A stretch of DNA of 64,000 bases from Planctomycetota bacterium. Lineage in GTDB: Bacteria > Planctomycetota > UBA1135. The notes beneath the pieces are model-generated. The model saw only the letters and a list, made by a program, of their open reading frames with translations, ran no database searches and was not told where the DNA came from. The DNA lies in contig JASFYO010000003.1 in NCBI GenBank assembly GCA_045047305.1, forward strand, positions 96,073 to 160,072, written 5' to 3'. Positions 48,409-57,691 of this stretch are shown here, in pieces. How positions within the stretch are numbered: the first letter of the stretch is position 1; each line of letters begins with the position of its first letter. The translations under genes were made by a program, and so were the position numbers.

Positions 48409-48987
48409 ATGCGTCAAACAGCAATCATTTTTGTCCTTCTTGTAGCACTAGCCGGTTCGGTTTTTGCTGACCGTACCTCCTCGGACCCAATGGAAGGCGT
48501 GCGTTACGTCGACGTACAGCGTGTCTTGGTCGAATGGGAGTCCCTTCAGGCAGAAGGTTCCGCGATTTCTGCAAAGTACAAGGCTCAGTTTGAGGAGTTC
48601 AATCAGATTCGTACCAATCTTGATTCTGCTCGTGCGGACATGTCCCTCTTAGATGAGACCAGTGATGAGTACCGGCAAAAGGGATTCCAGATTAAGTTGG
48701 GGGAAGAGTCCTTACGCCAACGTGCGGAATGGTCTCGTCAGAACTTGAATTTTGAACAAACCAGTGCTCTGGAACGGGCTATGCGCCAAATCCATCAAGC
48801 GGTGATCCAACTTGGAGATCGTGAGGGCTACAGCTCTATCTTGATGGCTCCAACGGAATTGCCGCAACTAGGCAATAAAATCAACGCGAACGATGTCCTC
48901 AACGACCTCAACAGTCGTTGGGTTATGTGGAGAAACCCTTCTTACGATGTGACGGATCAAATCCTTCTCCTCGTGCAGCAAAAGTAG
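48409..48987 (+). CDS. skp: OmpH/Skp periplasmic chaperone
   Basis: Signal peptide, YVDVQRV, coiled coil and DVTDQIL; follows bamA. Confidence 0.8.
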   Translation: MRQTAIIFVLLVALAGSVFADRTSSDPMEGVRYVDVQRVLVEWESLQAEGSAISAKYKAQFEEFNQIRTNLDSARADMSLLDETSDEYRQKGFQIKLGEESLRQRAEWSRQNLNFEQTSALERAMRQIHQAVIQLGDREGYSSILMAPTELPQLGNKINANDVLNDLNSRWVMWRNPSYDVTDQILLLVQQK

Positions 48988-49001
48988 TAGGCTCGAAACT
49001 A

Positions 49002-50294
49002 ATGACACGAAAGGAACGGACCCTAAAACGTTCAGCTACTATGGAGGGCGTTGCTCTCCATTCTGGCGAGACGGTTCAAGTGCAGGTGGAGCCTGCGCCA
49101 GCGGGGACGGGTGTCATTTTTCGCCGCGGAGATCAACCGGATCCTGCCGATATCCCAGCACTTGCAAGTCACCTTTCCATGTCCCAACGCCGCACTGTGT
49201 TGCGCGAAAGTGGAAGTGACATTGGCATGGTGGAGCATTTACTTTCGGCATGCACTGGGCTGGGAGTGGATAATCTTATTGTGACCATTTCTGGCGATGA
49301 AATGCCAGGCACCGATGGTTCGGCACTTCCTTATGTCGAGATGTTAGAAGGTGCGGGCATAGTGGATCAAAAGCGCGAACGCCTGCGCTTTACGGTGGTC
49401 GAACCTCACGTGGTACGTGAGGGCGATACCCAACTGGTTGTGCTGCCTCCTTCTGGTGAAGGCTTGCGCGTGCGTTACATTCCAGCCTATCCTGATGGGG
49501 TCGATGCCAGCCCGGTCGTTTTTGATACAGCAATCGGCGACTTCAAAGAAGAAATCGCTGCTGCGCGTACTTTTGTGCGGGCTGAAGAAGTGGAGGCACT
49601 GCTCGAAGCAGGATTGGGCAAAGGTGCGACTGCGGATAACACTTTGGTCCTGGGTGGTGAAGAAGCTCCTGAGATGCGCATGGATTTAGAGCCTACACGG
49701 CATAAAATCTTGGATCTATTAGGCGACCTTGCTTTGATTGGCGCTGATTTGCACGCTGACATTTTGGCTATTCAAAGTGGGCATGGGCTCAACCAAGCGC
49801 TGGCCAAACACTTACGTGGCGAATTCGAGGCGCAAGAGGTGGCCGAGCCGAGCATGGCCGATGGCTACAACATCACTGAAATCATGCGTCTGCTACCCCA
49901 CCGGTACCCATTTCTTTTGGTGGACCGGGTCATCAAAGTGGAAGGCTGGCGTCGGGCGGTAGGCATAAAGAATGTCACTATTAACGAACCATTTTTTAAT
50001 GGCCATTTCCCCGATCAACCATTGATGCCCGGTGTTCTCCAATTGGAGGCCTTGGCGCAGTTGTCTGGATTTTTGCTGCAGCGCAAAATGGAGCACACCG
50101 GTAAGTTGGTAGTCCTTGCGGCTATCGACAAAGTGCGTTTCCGCGGTGGAGTGGTTCCTGGAGATCAACTCCGCCTAGAAGTCGAAACTTTACGCATGAA
50201 CCGCAATCGCGCGACTATCAAGGCTCAGGGTAAGGTGGGTCGCCGCGTAGTTTCAGAAGCTGTACTTTCCTTTGCTATGGTTGCTTCCTCATGA
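49002..50294 (+). CDS. lpxC-fabZ: Bifunctional LpxC deacetylase / FabZ dehydratase fusion
   Basis: VEHLLSA, DGSA, ARTF and [10 protein letters not shown], then [25 protein letters not shown]. Confidence 0.93.
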   Translation: MTRKERTLKRSATMEGVALHSGETVQVQVEPAPAGTGVIFRRGDQPDPADIPALASHLSMSQRRTVLRESGSDIGMVEHLLSACTGLGVDNLIVTISGDEMPGTDGSALPYVEMLEGAGIVDQKRERLRFTVVEPHVVREGDTQLVVLPPSGEGLRVRYIPAYPDGVDASPVVFDTAIGDFKEEIAAARTFVRAEEVEALLEAGLGKGATADNTLVLGGEEAPEMRMDLEPTRHKILDLLGDLALIGADLHADILAIQSGHGLNQALAKHLRGEFEAQEVAEPSMADGYNITEIMRLLPHRYPFLLVDRVIKVEGWRRAVGIKNVTINEPFFNGHFPDQPLMPGVLQLEALAQLSGFLLQRKMEHTGKLVVLAAIDKVRFRGGVVPGDQLRLEVETLRMNRNRATIKAQGKVGRRVVSEAVLSFAMVASS

Positions 50295-51112
50295 CCTCAA
50301 TTCACGAAACATCCTACGTTTCTCCTGGCGCGGAATTGGATTCCGACGTCGTGGTTGGTCCATTTAGTTACGTAGGTAGCCGTGTGAGGATTGCATCTGG
50401 CACCCGTTTAGGTCCGCACGTCACGATTCAAGGCCGTACCACGATTGGTCGCGATAACCACTTCGTAGGGCAATGCGCGATTGGTGGTTTGCCTCAAGAC
50501 TTGAAATATGCTGGCGAAGAATCCGCCCTTGTGATTGGCGACGGCAACATCGTGCGTGAATTCGTCACCATCAATATCGGCACCGCTGCCGGTTCTTGGG
50601 TGACCAGTTTAGGTGACCGCAATTTGATCATGGCTTGCGCGCATGTTGCGCATGATTGCGTGATTGAAGATGAAATCATCATCGGTAATAACGTTTTACT
50701 TGCCGGACACGTGCGCATCGAAACGGGTGCCATCGTCTCTGGGGGGGTGGCGGTCAATCACTTCGTGACCATAGGCACCATGGCGATGGTGGGTGGAACA
50801 GCGCGCGTAGTCCAAGATACGCCGCCTTACATGATTTCAGAAGGCGCGCCAGCGCGTGCCCGTGGGGTCAACTCGATTGGTTTGCGCCGCAAGGAAGTTT
50901 CGCGGGAAGCGATTTCAGAGTTGCGTGATGCTTTCCGTCGTTTGATCGCGGATGAAACTCCAACTCCGCTCGCGATTCAGGAAATGGAGGCAGAGAAAAA
51001 CCTGCAGCCTGAAACCAAGCGTTTGATTTCTTTTCTGCGTGATATGGAACGCGGATTTCAAGGACGCTACCGTGAATCCCTACGTCGCTCGTCTGGCGAC
51101 GTCCGCGCCTAA
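50291..51112 (+). CDS. lpxA: Acyl-ACP--UDP-GlcNAc acyltransferase
   Basis: Hexapeptide repeats, PQDLKY, REFVTI, HVAHDC, AGHV and GVNSIGLRR. Confidence 0.93.
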   Translation: MTSIHETSYVSPGAELDSDVVVGPFSYVGSRVRIASGTRLGPHVTIQGRTTIGRDNHFVGQCAIGGLPQDLKYAGEESALVIGDGNIVREFVTINIGTAAGSWVTSLGDRNLIMACAHVAHDCVIEDEIIIGNNVLLAGHVRIETGAIVSGGVAVNHFVTIGTMAMVGGTARVVQDTPPYMISEGAPARARGVNSIGLRRKEVSREAISELRDAFRRLIADETPTPLAIQEMEAEKNLQPETKRLISFLRDMERGFQGRYRESLRRSSGDVRA

Positions 51113-51126
51113 GCACCGCCTCGAAC

Positions 51127-52134
51127 ATGATGACGAAGAAGAACTTGAAAGCCGCCGTAATCGGGGTGGGTCATCTAGGACGTCATCACGCTCGCATTCT
51201 TGGCAGCATGCCTGGTATCGAGCTTGTTGCTGTGGTGGACAAGAATAAGGAGCAGGGCCAATCTGTCGCTGCAAAAGAAGGCACCCGCTGGCAAGCAGGC
51301 TTGGATGGATTAGAGCAGGAACTTGATTTCGCTGTCATCGCTGTGCCGACCATACTGCACCAAACTTGCGCCGCACCTTTGTTGCGTGCCGGTGTTGCTT
51401 GTCTGATTGAGAAACCCATGGCGCCGGATCCTGCCAGCTGCGAAGCCATCCTTGCCGATGCCGCTGTCGGAAACGCTTTACTCAGCGTTGGACATGTAGA
51501 ACGTTTCAATCCAGCGGTTGCTCGCGCGATGGCTGTTGGCATCCAACCACGTTTCATCGAAGCCCATCGCCTAGCTCCATATTCCTTCCGCAGCACCGAT
51601 GTTGGGGTCGTGCTAGATTTGATGATTCACGATATCGACCTTGCGCTTGCTTGGACCGGATCTAAAGTGAAGTCGGTCGATGCTATCGGCGGAGCGACCT
51701 TGAGCCCCAGTGAAGACATTGTTTCTGCACGTTTACGCTTCGAGGACAACAGTGTGGCAAATCTGACGGCCTCCCGTTTAAGCTTGAAGCCGATGCGTCG
51801 CTTTCGCGTGTTTGGTCCGGATAGTTATCTTTCCGTCGACAGTCAAGATCGTTACGCGCTGATGGTGCAAAAGGCGGATGGGTTTTCCCAGCAAGCCGTT
51901 GCCGAAGCAGCGCAATCGAGCAACCCGTTGGAAGGTTTTCGCAGCCTGTTAGACGTCGAAGAGTTGCAGTTAGATGAAGAGGAACCGCTCCGCGCCGAGC
52001 TGGAGTCCTTTGCTGCCGCAGTGCGTGGCGAATCGCCGGTGGTGGTGAGTGGTGAAGCAGGGCGTGACGCTGTAGCGGTGGCTTTTCGCATCATGGATGC
52101 GCTTGAAGATTGTGGCTGGAGCAACCCCGAGTAA
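51127..52134 (+). CDS. Gfo/Idh/MocA oxidoreductase (GnnA-like candidate)
   Basis: GVGHLG..HAR, EKP, VGHVERFNPA, IEAHRL, DLMIHDID and ANLTASR; directly after lpxA. Confidence 0.85.
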   Translation: MMTKKNLKAAVIGVGHLGRHHARILGSMPGIELVAVVDKNKEQGQSVAAKEGTRWQAGLDGLEQELDFAVIAVPTILHQTCAAPLLRAGVACLIEKPMAPDPASCEAILADAAVGNALLSVGHVERFNPAVARAMAVGIQPRFIEAHRLAPYSFRSTDVGVVLDLMIHDIDLALAWTGSKVKSVDAIGGATLSPSEDIVSARLRFEDNSVANLTASRLSLKPMRRFRVFGPDSYLSVDSQDRYALMVQKADGFSQQAVAEAAQSSNPLEGFRSLLDVEELQLDEEEPLRAELESFAAAVRGESPVVVSGEAGRDAVAVAFRIMDALEDCGWSNPE

Positions 52135-52144
52135 TGACGCCGCG

Positions 52145-53110
52145 ATGAAACCTTCTCCCACTGCGCTTGAGCGCTATTTGATTCATCCCCAGGAACTGAG
52201 TCTACCGCTGGACCCTAAGACGGTGTTTGGGCGTGAAGCGCCTTTGCGGGTGGAAGTCGGCTTTGGCGGGGGCGAGTACTTGGTGTGGTGGGCACAGCAA
52301 CACCCAGAGTGCAACTTCTTTGGTATTGAGCAGCCAGCCGATTGTATTTTTCGTGCAGCACGTTTGCTGGAAAACGCCGGCGTAGAAAACGTGCGCCTGA
52401 TTCGTGGTGATGCACGTTACCTCTTGCGCGAACTTTTTGCTCCAGGCTCTTTGGAGCATGTGTTGATGCAGTTTCCGATGCCGTGGCCAAAAGATAAACA
52501 TGCCAAACACCGGGTCTCGTCGCCTGATTTCGCGCATACTCTGGCCGATGTCCTCCAGCCCAAAGCTGTATTTGAACTGGTCACCGATCAGGATTGGTAT
52601 GCTTTTGAAGCCGATCGTTTTTTCGAGGCCAACCCCTCCTTCTCTAAGGAGGTCCTGCAGGAAGACCCAGAACGGCCTTTCCGTACTCGTTACGAGTCAA
52701 AGTGGTTGGAAGAAGGCCGTTCCATCTATCGTTTACTTGTGCAGCTACAGGAACCCAAAGCTGCCCCTCGCTTGATCCCTTCTGAAGAAATGGACACCTA
52801 CGCATTAAATTCTGGCTTCGATGCCGACGCTCTTCAAGCTCTCAAAGGCCGCCGCTTTAAGCAAGGTGATTCGGTGGCGGAAATTAAAGAGATACTTCAG
52901 GCAGAAGACGGGTGGGTGTTGCGCACTGTTGCTTCTGACAGTTCTTTCTCGCAGATGTTTCATCTGCGCATTCGCAATAAAGCCGATGGTCGCTGCCTAC
53001 TTAAGGTAGACCAAGTGCCGCGCCCTTATTACACCGATGCGGTGCGCTTCTCTCTTGTTGCTGTACGTGAAGCACTGGACGTTGCATCGACGCTAGCTGG
53101 CGATAAGTGA
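52145..53110 (+). CDS. trmB: tRNA (guanine-N7)-methyltransferase with C-terminal extension
   Basis: VEVGFGGG, GDA, FPMPWPKDKHAKHR, VTD and TRYESKW. Confidence 0.9.
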   Translation: MKPSPTALERYLIHPQELSLPLDPKTVFGREAPLRVEVGFGGGEYLVWWAQQHPECNFFGIEQPADCIFRAARLLENAGVENVRLIRGDARYLLRELFAPGSLEHVLMQFPMPWPKDKHAKHRVSSPDFAHTLADVLQPKAVFELVTDQDWYAFEADRFFEANPSFSKEVLQEDPERPFRTRYESKWLEEGRSIYRLLVQLQEPKAAPRLIPSEEMDTYALNSGFDADALQALKGRRFKQGDSVAEIKEILQAEDGWVLRTVASDSSFSQMFHLRIRNKADGRCLLKVDQVPRPYYTDAVRFSLVAVREALDVASTLAGDK

Positions 53111-53334
53111 AGTCGATTCGATAATTGTTAGGCTTGAGGGTGTCGTCATCCGCGTAGCCAAAGGATTCAGGCAAATCACGGCCATCATCAAAATATTGGC
53201 GCCATTAAGTCATGCGGAGTTCGCTGCGCCACGCCGAGCCAACCGCGGTTCGACATGACCTCGACATTGCTCAACAGGACCGAGTGGTATATCAAGCGAA
53301 TGCAGGGCAGAAAGCCTGCCGCGCATGTTTAGGC

Positions 53335-54759
53335 TTAGGGGACGCGGAAGACTATGAGATGGACTAAGTAATCTCTTGGATTGCCCGAGTCACTGCCCTC
53401 ATAAACCATAACCAGCTTGGATTGACTACTGCCAATCGGGAATTCCATGAGGTTCACTGCAGGGCGCTTTGCCTCGACAACCGTGGTTGGAACTTCCCAC
53501 ATATCGGCCTGGAAAGAGCGCGCGATTAAAATTTTGGTGCTGTTGCGGAAGAAGCGAACACCAAAGGTATAGCGTTGGCGATTAGGGCCATGAGCAATGA
53601 CAGCTTGAGTGTCTTCGTGCAAGATACTGTTTGCCCAATGCAAACTAGCAACGGTAGAAGCTCCGGGGACGGTGTAAGTAATCTCTCGGGAAAGGATGTT
53701 ATTGCTTTTCCAGGGAGTGACTTCGTCGTCGACCCAGGTTAAGGATACCGAGTTGTAGGCATCCACAAGGGAGGTTGCAAGGTTTGGGCGCCGTTGGTGG
53801 CGACGCACGTGATTGGTGAAGGAGTTGGTATCCAGCACCTGCAGCGGACTGCCAGAAGCAAAACCGCTAAAGCGCTTCACAATGATTTCACCCACGTTGT
53901 TGCCGCTGACGCCACGGTGCCCGTCTAACCAGTATTCTTCATACGCGACTACGATATCCGAGTTGTCATCAAGAACGACATCAGGCAGAACTTGTCCGCC
54001 ATTGAGCGGATACGCAGCATTATTGTCAATCGGCAGGCCCGAAACTAGGGTGGCGTGCGGTGAAATAAATCCTGGACCGCCTGGAGTTACGTTCCAATTA
54101 ATACGCGTGATGCGCAAGTCGTATTCACGGAACTGGTCTCCATTCGCGGCATTAAAAGAATAGGTTTCGTGGGCGTAGACTGCTGCAACCGAGCCGTCGC
54201 GCAAGTTCACCAAGTCCACCATGATTCCTGCGAATCCAGAGTTAATCGTCGGATCTGCCGTAAAGCCTTGGCCAAGGTTTTGCTCGATGACAAGCGTAGT
54301 GGGTAACAAAGCGCCAAGCGCATCGCGCGCCTGAATGCGTGCAACCTCTAGTCTGGAATCAAATACGCCACTGCGGTCAATGCGGTGCCAGGCAATGCAG
54401 AAGGAGCCATCAGGCATTGCAACGACATCAGGCTTGGAGCAAGTTTCATCTAAGCTAATCAGATGAAGGCTTTGGTCGCCTAATAAAAAGTGCTCATTGG
54501 CGCCGGTTTCCCACTGACCGAGGCCATCGGATCTCATCAGCATACCTTCCGTTGTGTGAACGCTCCCGGACCAAGTGCCTTGCCAAGCAACAAAGATATC
54601 ACCAAACTTGTTCACTGCCATGGTGGCGTGGTCGGCGCCCTGCGGGGTAAAGGTTGGGAGGGTGACGTCGTCCCCATAAGAGAACGTCTGTTGCCCTGAA
54701 ATCGGAGCACAGACCGCAATTGCGATAGCAAGAAGTGTGGGGAGTGTGCGCATGGACAT
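53335..54759 (-). CDS. Hypothetical secreted beta-rich protein; start 54753 or 54759
   Basis: Signal peptide; repeated PDVV/PNLA/PAV..(IA)W strand motifs resembling a beta-propeller; family not recognised. Confidence 0.65.
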   Translation of the reverse strand: MSMRTLPTLLAIAIAVCAPISGQQTFSYGDDVTLPTFTPQGADHATMAVNKFGDIFVAWQGTWSGSVHTTEGMLMRSDGLGQWETGANEHFLLGDQSLHLISLDETCSKPDVVAMPDGSFCIAWHRIDRSGVFDSRLEVARIQARDALGALLPTTLVIEQNLGQGFTADPTINSGFAGIMVDLVNLRDGSVAAVYAHETYSFNAANGDQFREYDLRITRINWNVTPGGPGFISPHATLVSGLPIDNNAAYPLNGGQVLPDVVLDDNSDIVVAYEEYWLDGHRGVSGNNVGEIIVKRFSGFASGSPLQVLDTNSFTNHVRRHQRRPNLATSLVDAYNSVSLTWVDDEVTPWKSNNILSREITYTVPGASTVASLHWANSILHEDTQAVIAHGPNRQRYTFGVRFFRNSTKILIARSFQADMWEVPTTVVEAKRPAVNLMEFPIGSSQSKLVMVYEGSDSGNPRDYLVHLIVFRVP

Positions 54760-54864
54760 TCGGGGGGACAACACGGTTAAGAATATCCCATTAAAGCGTT
54801 AACAGGAAGTTGGATTGAATATTTTTTCGATAATGAGTAGGCAGATCTCCCTGCGTGGGGGAAA

Positions 54865-56001
54865 ATGAGTTCCATGTTTCGAGGACGCGCTCGTCGTTAC
54901 AGAAGTTCTGGCGTTTCTGCAGAAACTCTTGCAGACACAGCACTTCCGTTGATTGAGATGGCTGCCAACCAGATTGGTTTGCCGGCTAGTATGTCGTTAT
55001 CCATGGAGTTGGAGGCTCAAGGCTACTTTGAAGCGGGTTTAGTCGCGCAGTGGCATTTGGTGCATCAGGCAATTTGGCGGCGCATAGAAAATCTCCCGGA
55101 TGCTCACGCCACGCTTTTACGCTGGACTCAGCATCCTGAGGCCAAGATTCGGTTTTTTGCTCCCGGATTATGGGCTATATGGGGGCAAGAGGAGCCCGAG
55201 GCCGCGATTGCAGGATTATTGCCATTGGCCGATGACACCGATTTTCGCGTACTTGAAGCGGTCCAGGCCTTTGGGGTCAGGCCTTTTGCCTATGAAAGAG
55301 GGCCATCCATCCTTAATGAGTTAGGTGCGTGGTTCACCCACCCAAGTCCACGCGTGCGACGATCCGCTATTAGTTCGGTGCGACCTCGTGGTTTTTGGGT
55401 CAAGCATTTAGAGTGGGCAACGGAAAACCCTGCCTACTTGGCCCCGGTGTTGGAACTTTATCGTGAAGAGGAAGATCGTTTTCCGGCCAATGCTGTCGCC
55501 AACTGCTTTAATGATATTAGCCGCAAGCAGCCACTCTTCGCTCTCGGAGTCTTGCAGCGCTGGATGGAGCAAGGCGGTTTTCAGGTGGAACACATGGCGC
55601 GTAAAGGCCTACGCAGCCTTCTGAAGTCAGGAGATGTCCAAGCCCTAGCCCTATTTGGCTTTGCTAAAGTCGATGTCGAGCTTGTTGCGCATCTCGTTCA
55701 AGGCTCCTGCGTGCCGCCGAATAGCAATTTGCACTTTGATTTAGTATTTCAAAATCCAGGAGATGCCTGCGAGGTGGAGCTAGTTTATGAACTGGAGACT
55801 ACCGGTCGTAACGCAAGTAGGCCGCGTCGAAAAAAATACCAAGGTGGTCGTTTTCTGCTTCCCACTGGCACGATGCCTTTGCGAATACGGGAACGAATTT
55901 TCGATCGCAAAGCTGCACCTTTATTGGATGGCCCTGCGGCAGCAAAGTTCTACTTAAACGGCGAAAAACATGCGCAAGTGGATTTTAGTATCCGACGCTA
56001 A
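54865..56001 (+). CDS. HEAT-repeat DNA alkylation repair protein (AlkC-like) with C-terminal beta domain
   Basis: VRPF, HPSPRVRR..SVRPR, VANCFNDISRKQP and GLRSLLKSGD..AL.LFG. Confidence 0.72.
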   Translation: MSSMFRGRARRYRSSGVSAETLADTALPLIEMAANQIGLPASMSLSMELEAQGYFEAGLVAQWHLVHQAIWRRIENLPDAHATLLRWTQHPEAKIRFFAPGLWAIWGQEEPEAAIAGLLPLADDTDFRVLEAVQAFGVRPFAYERGPSILNELGAWFTHPSPRVRRSAISSVRPRGFWVKHLEWATENPAYLAPVLELYREEEDRFPANAVANCFNDISRKQPLFALGVLQRWMEQGGFQVEHMARKGLRSLLKSGDVQALALFGFAKVDVELVAHLVQGSCVPPNSNLHFDLVFQNPGDACEVELVYELETTGRNASRPRRKKYQGGRFLLPTGTMPLRIRERIFDRKAAPLLDGPAAAKFYLNGEKHAQVDFSIRR

Positions 56002-56009
56002 GCATTGGA

Positions 56010-56339
56010 TTAGTGAATCCACGGGTGGTTGTGCACCGTAATTAAGTGCAGAGCCGAAAGAATAAGGCCTGCTGCGGAGAATATAACGCCGGTTACGGCT
56101 AAACCGATTTGTTTGCGCGCGCCCATTCCCACGATGGCACTAATGATAAACCCAATGAAATTCATCGGAAGATCAATGTAGGCCACAAAGGATAGCTCGG
56201 GTAGATAGGCGATGAGCGCAATTCCTAAACCACCGATTCCAAGACACATGGTTGCTAGATACCCCGGTACTCCCTCTAAAACGGAGCCGTCTTCCTCCAA
56301 GTCCTTGGCGGGAGGAGTCGGGGTAGAGTCGTGAGCCAT
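56010..56339 (-). CDS. Small hypothetical membrane protein (about 3 TM)
   Basis: Hydrophobic segments; follows the aminotransferase. Confidence 0.6.
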   Translation of the reverse strand: MAHDSTPTPPAKDLEEDGSVLEGVPGYLATMCLGIGGLGIALIAYLPELSFVAYIDLPMNFIGFIISAIVGMGARKQIGLAVTGVIFSAAGLILSALHLITVHNHPWIH

Positions 56340-56342
56340 AGC

Positions 56343-57668
56343 CTAGTTTAAGGCTTCGACGGCCTTCTGCACGCGTGGAATCGATGCAAGGATTTCTTCC
56401 ACACTGACCGCGCCAATGCTGGCTCGGAACCATCCATCTTCATCCTCTTCTTCGACGCCAAAGGCCTGAAAGGGGATGAGGCCAAAGGCGGCATCCTGAA
56501 GCATGTATTCACGGATGTCTTCGCCGTTTGCAAGCACGTGGCCACCTGGGGTCGTTTTGCCTTGCAGACGAAGTTGAATCGAAAGGTAAATGGCCCCCTG
56601 GGGTTCGATTGAGTCCACCGGCAATCCATTAGCCTTTAGTTGTTGAATGCCTTGATGCATCGTGTCGAGGCTTTTGCGCACGCGGCCAATCAGGTCACTG
56701 CGCCATGCACGCATGGCCTCTTTATTCCGCAGGAAGCGTGCAGTGGCCACCTGTACTGGACGCGGAGCCCATGCACCGACATGCGTGCCAAGTGCAATTA
56801 CTTTCCGTACGACTGCCGGCGGTCCTACCAGCCAACCACAGCGTAGGCCCGTAGCGCAAAACCCCTTGGAAATACCATCTGCGTGAATCACATAGGGGGC
56901 GCATTCTGGAACCAGTTGCACTGGGGAGTAGTGGTCGTAGCCCGGGAAAGTGAGTAGCGAATAAATTTGATCATAGAGCAGATAAAGTGGCTTCTCGCCG
57001 ACTTGCTTGCGACGGTCATTCTCTTCGACTAAGAATTCCCCAAATCGTTTCACTTCTTCGCGCGGCATGACACCGCCCGATGGATTTTGTGGAGTGTTTA
57101 GGACTAGTAGCCGTGCATCGCGCGCATGCGGTGCAAGTAAGTCCACGGTCGGTTGAAAGGCGTCTTCCTTTCGCGTTTGAATGCCGCGAACGCGTACTTG
57201 GCAAGTATCGCGGTAGTTATGGTTGTTCCACGACGGAACGGGAAACAGCACCAAATCACCAGGGTCGACCAACAACGCATAGGTCGAGAACAAAGATGGA
57301 CGTCCGCCGGAAACAATGGCAATACCCTCGATCGGGTAGTCCAGATTTTGCGTGGCCATCATGTGCTCCTTGACGGCTAAACGAAGTTCATGCTCTCCCG
57401 CACTTGGAGGGTAGTTGGTGCAACCTTCTTCAATGGCTTCAATCAAATAACCACGCATGGCGTCTGGTATCGGAAACTGTGAAGGAGCAAAGTCGCCAAC
57501 GGTGAGGTCGGCAACTTTGGTGCCACGCTCTTGCAAGGCGCGAATCTCATTGGCGATTTTGAGAATCGATGAGCCTACCATGGAACTCGCCATGTGCGAG
57601 AAGCCTCGGCGGGCGACGTCGGCACCGCAGTCGGAAGGGATTCGAATCATGTCCTGGGTTTGCTCCAC
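56343..57668 (-). CDS. PLP-dependent aminotransferase class I/II
   Basis: NTPQNPSG, YDQIY, GISKGFCATGLRCGW and PQGAIY. Confidence 0.9.
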   Translation of the reverse strand: MEQTQDMIRIPSDCGADVARRGFSHMASSMVGSSILKIANEIRALQERGTKVADLTVGDFAPSQFPIPDAMRGYLIEAIEEGCTNYPPSAGEHELRLAVKEHMMATQNLDYPIEGIAIVSGGRPSLFSTYALLVDPGDLVLFPVPSWNNHNYRDTCQVRVRGIQTRKEDAFQPTVDLLAPHARDARLLVLNTPQNPSGGVMPREEVKRFGEFLVEENDRRKQVGEKPLYLLYDQIYSLLTFPGYDHYSPVQLVPECAPYVIHADGISKGFCATGLRCGWLVGPPAVVRKVIALGTHVGAWAPRPVQVATARFLRNKEAMRAWRSDLIGRVRKSLDTMHQGIQQLKANGLPVDSIEPQGAIYLSIQLRLQGKTTPGGHVLANGEDIREYMLQDAAFGLIPFQAFGVEEEDEDGWFRASIGAVSVEEILASIPRVQKAVEALN

Positions 57669-57691
57669 AACCCGTCATTGTATCGACTCCC

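Noticed and set aside
53306..53320. GGCAG-AAAGC-CTGCC hairpin as a terminator
   Set aside because: Short stem with no U-tract on either strand
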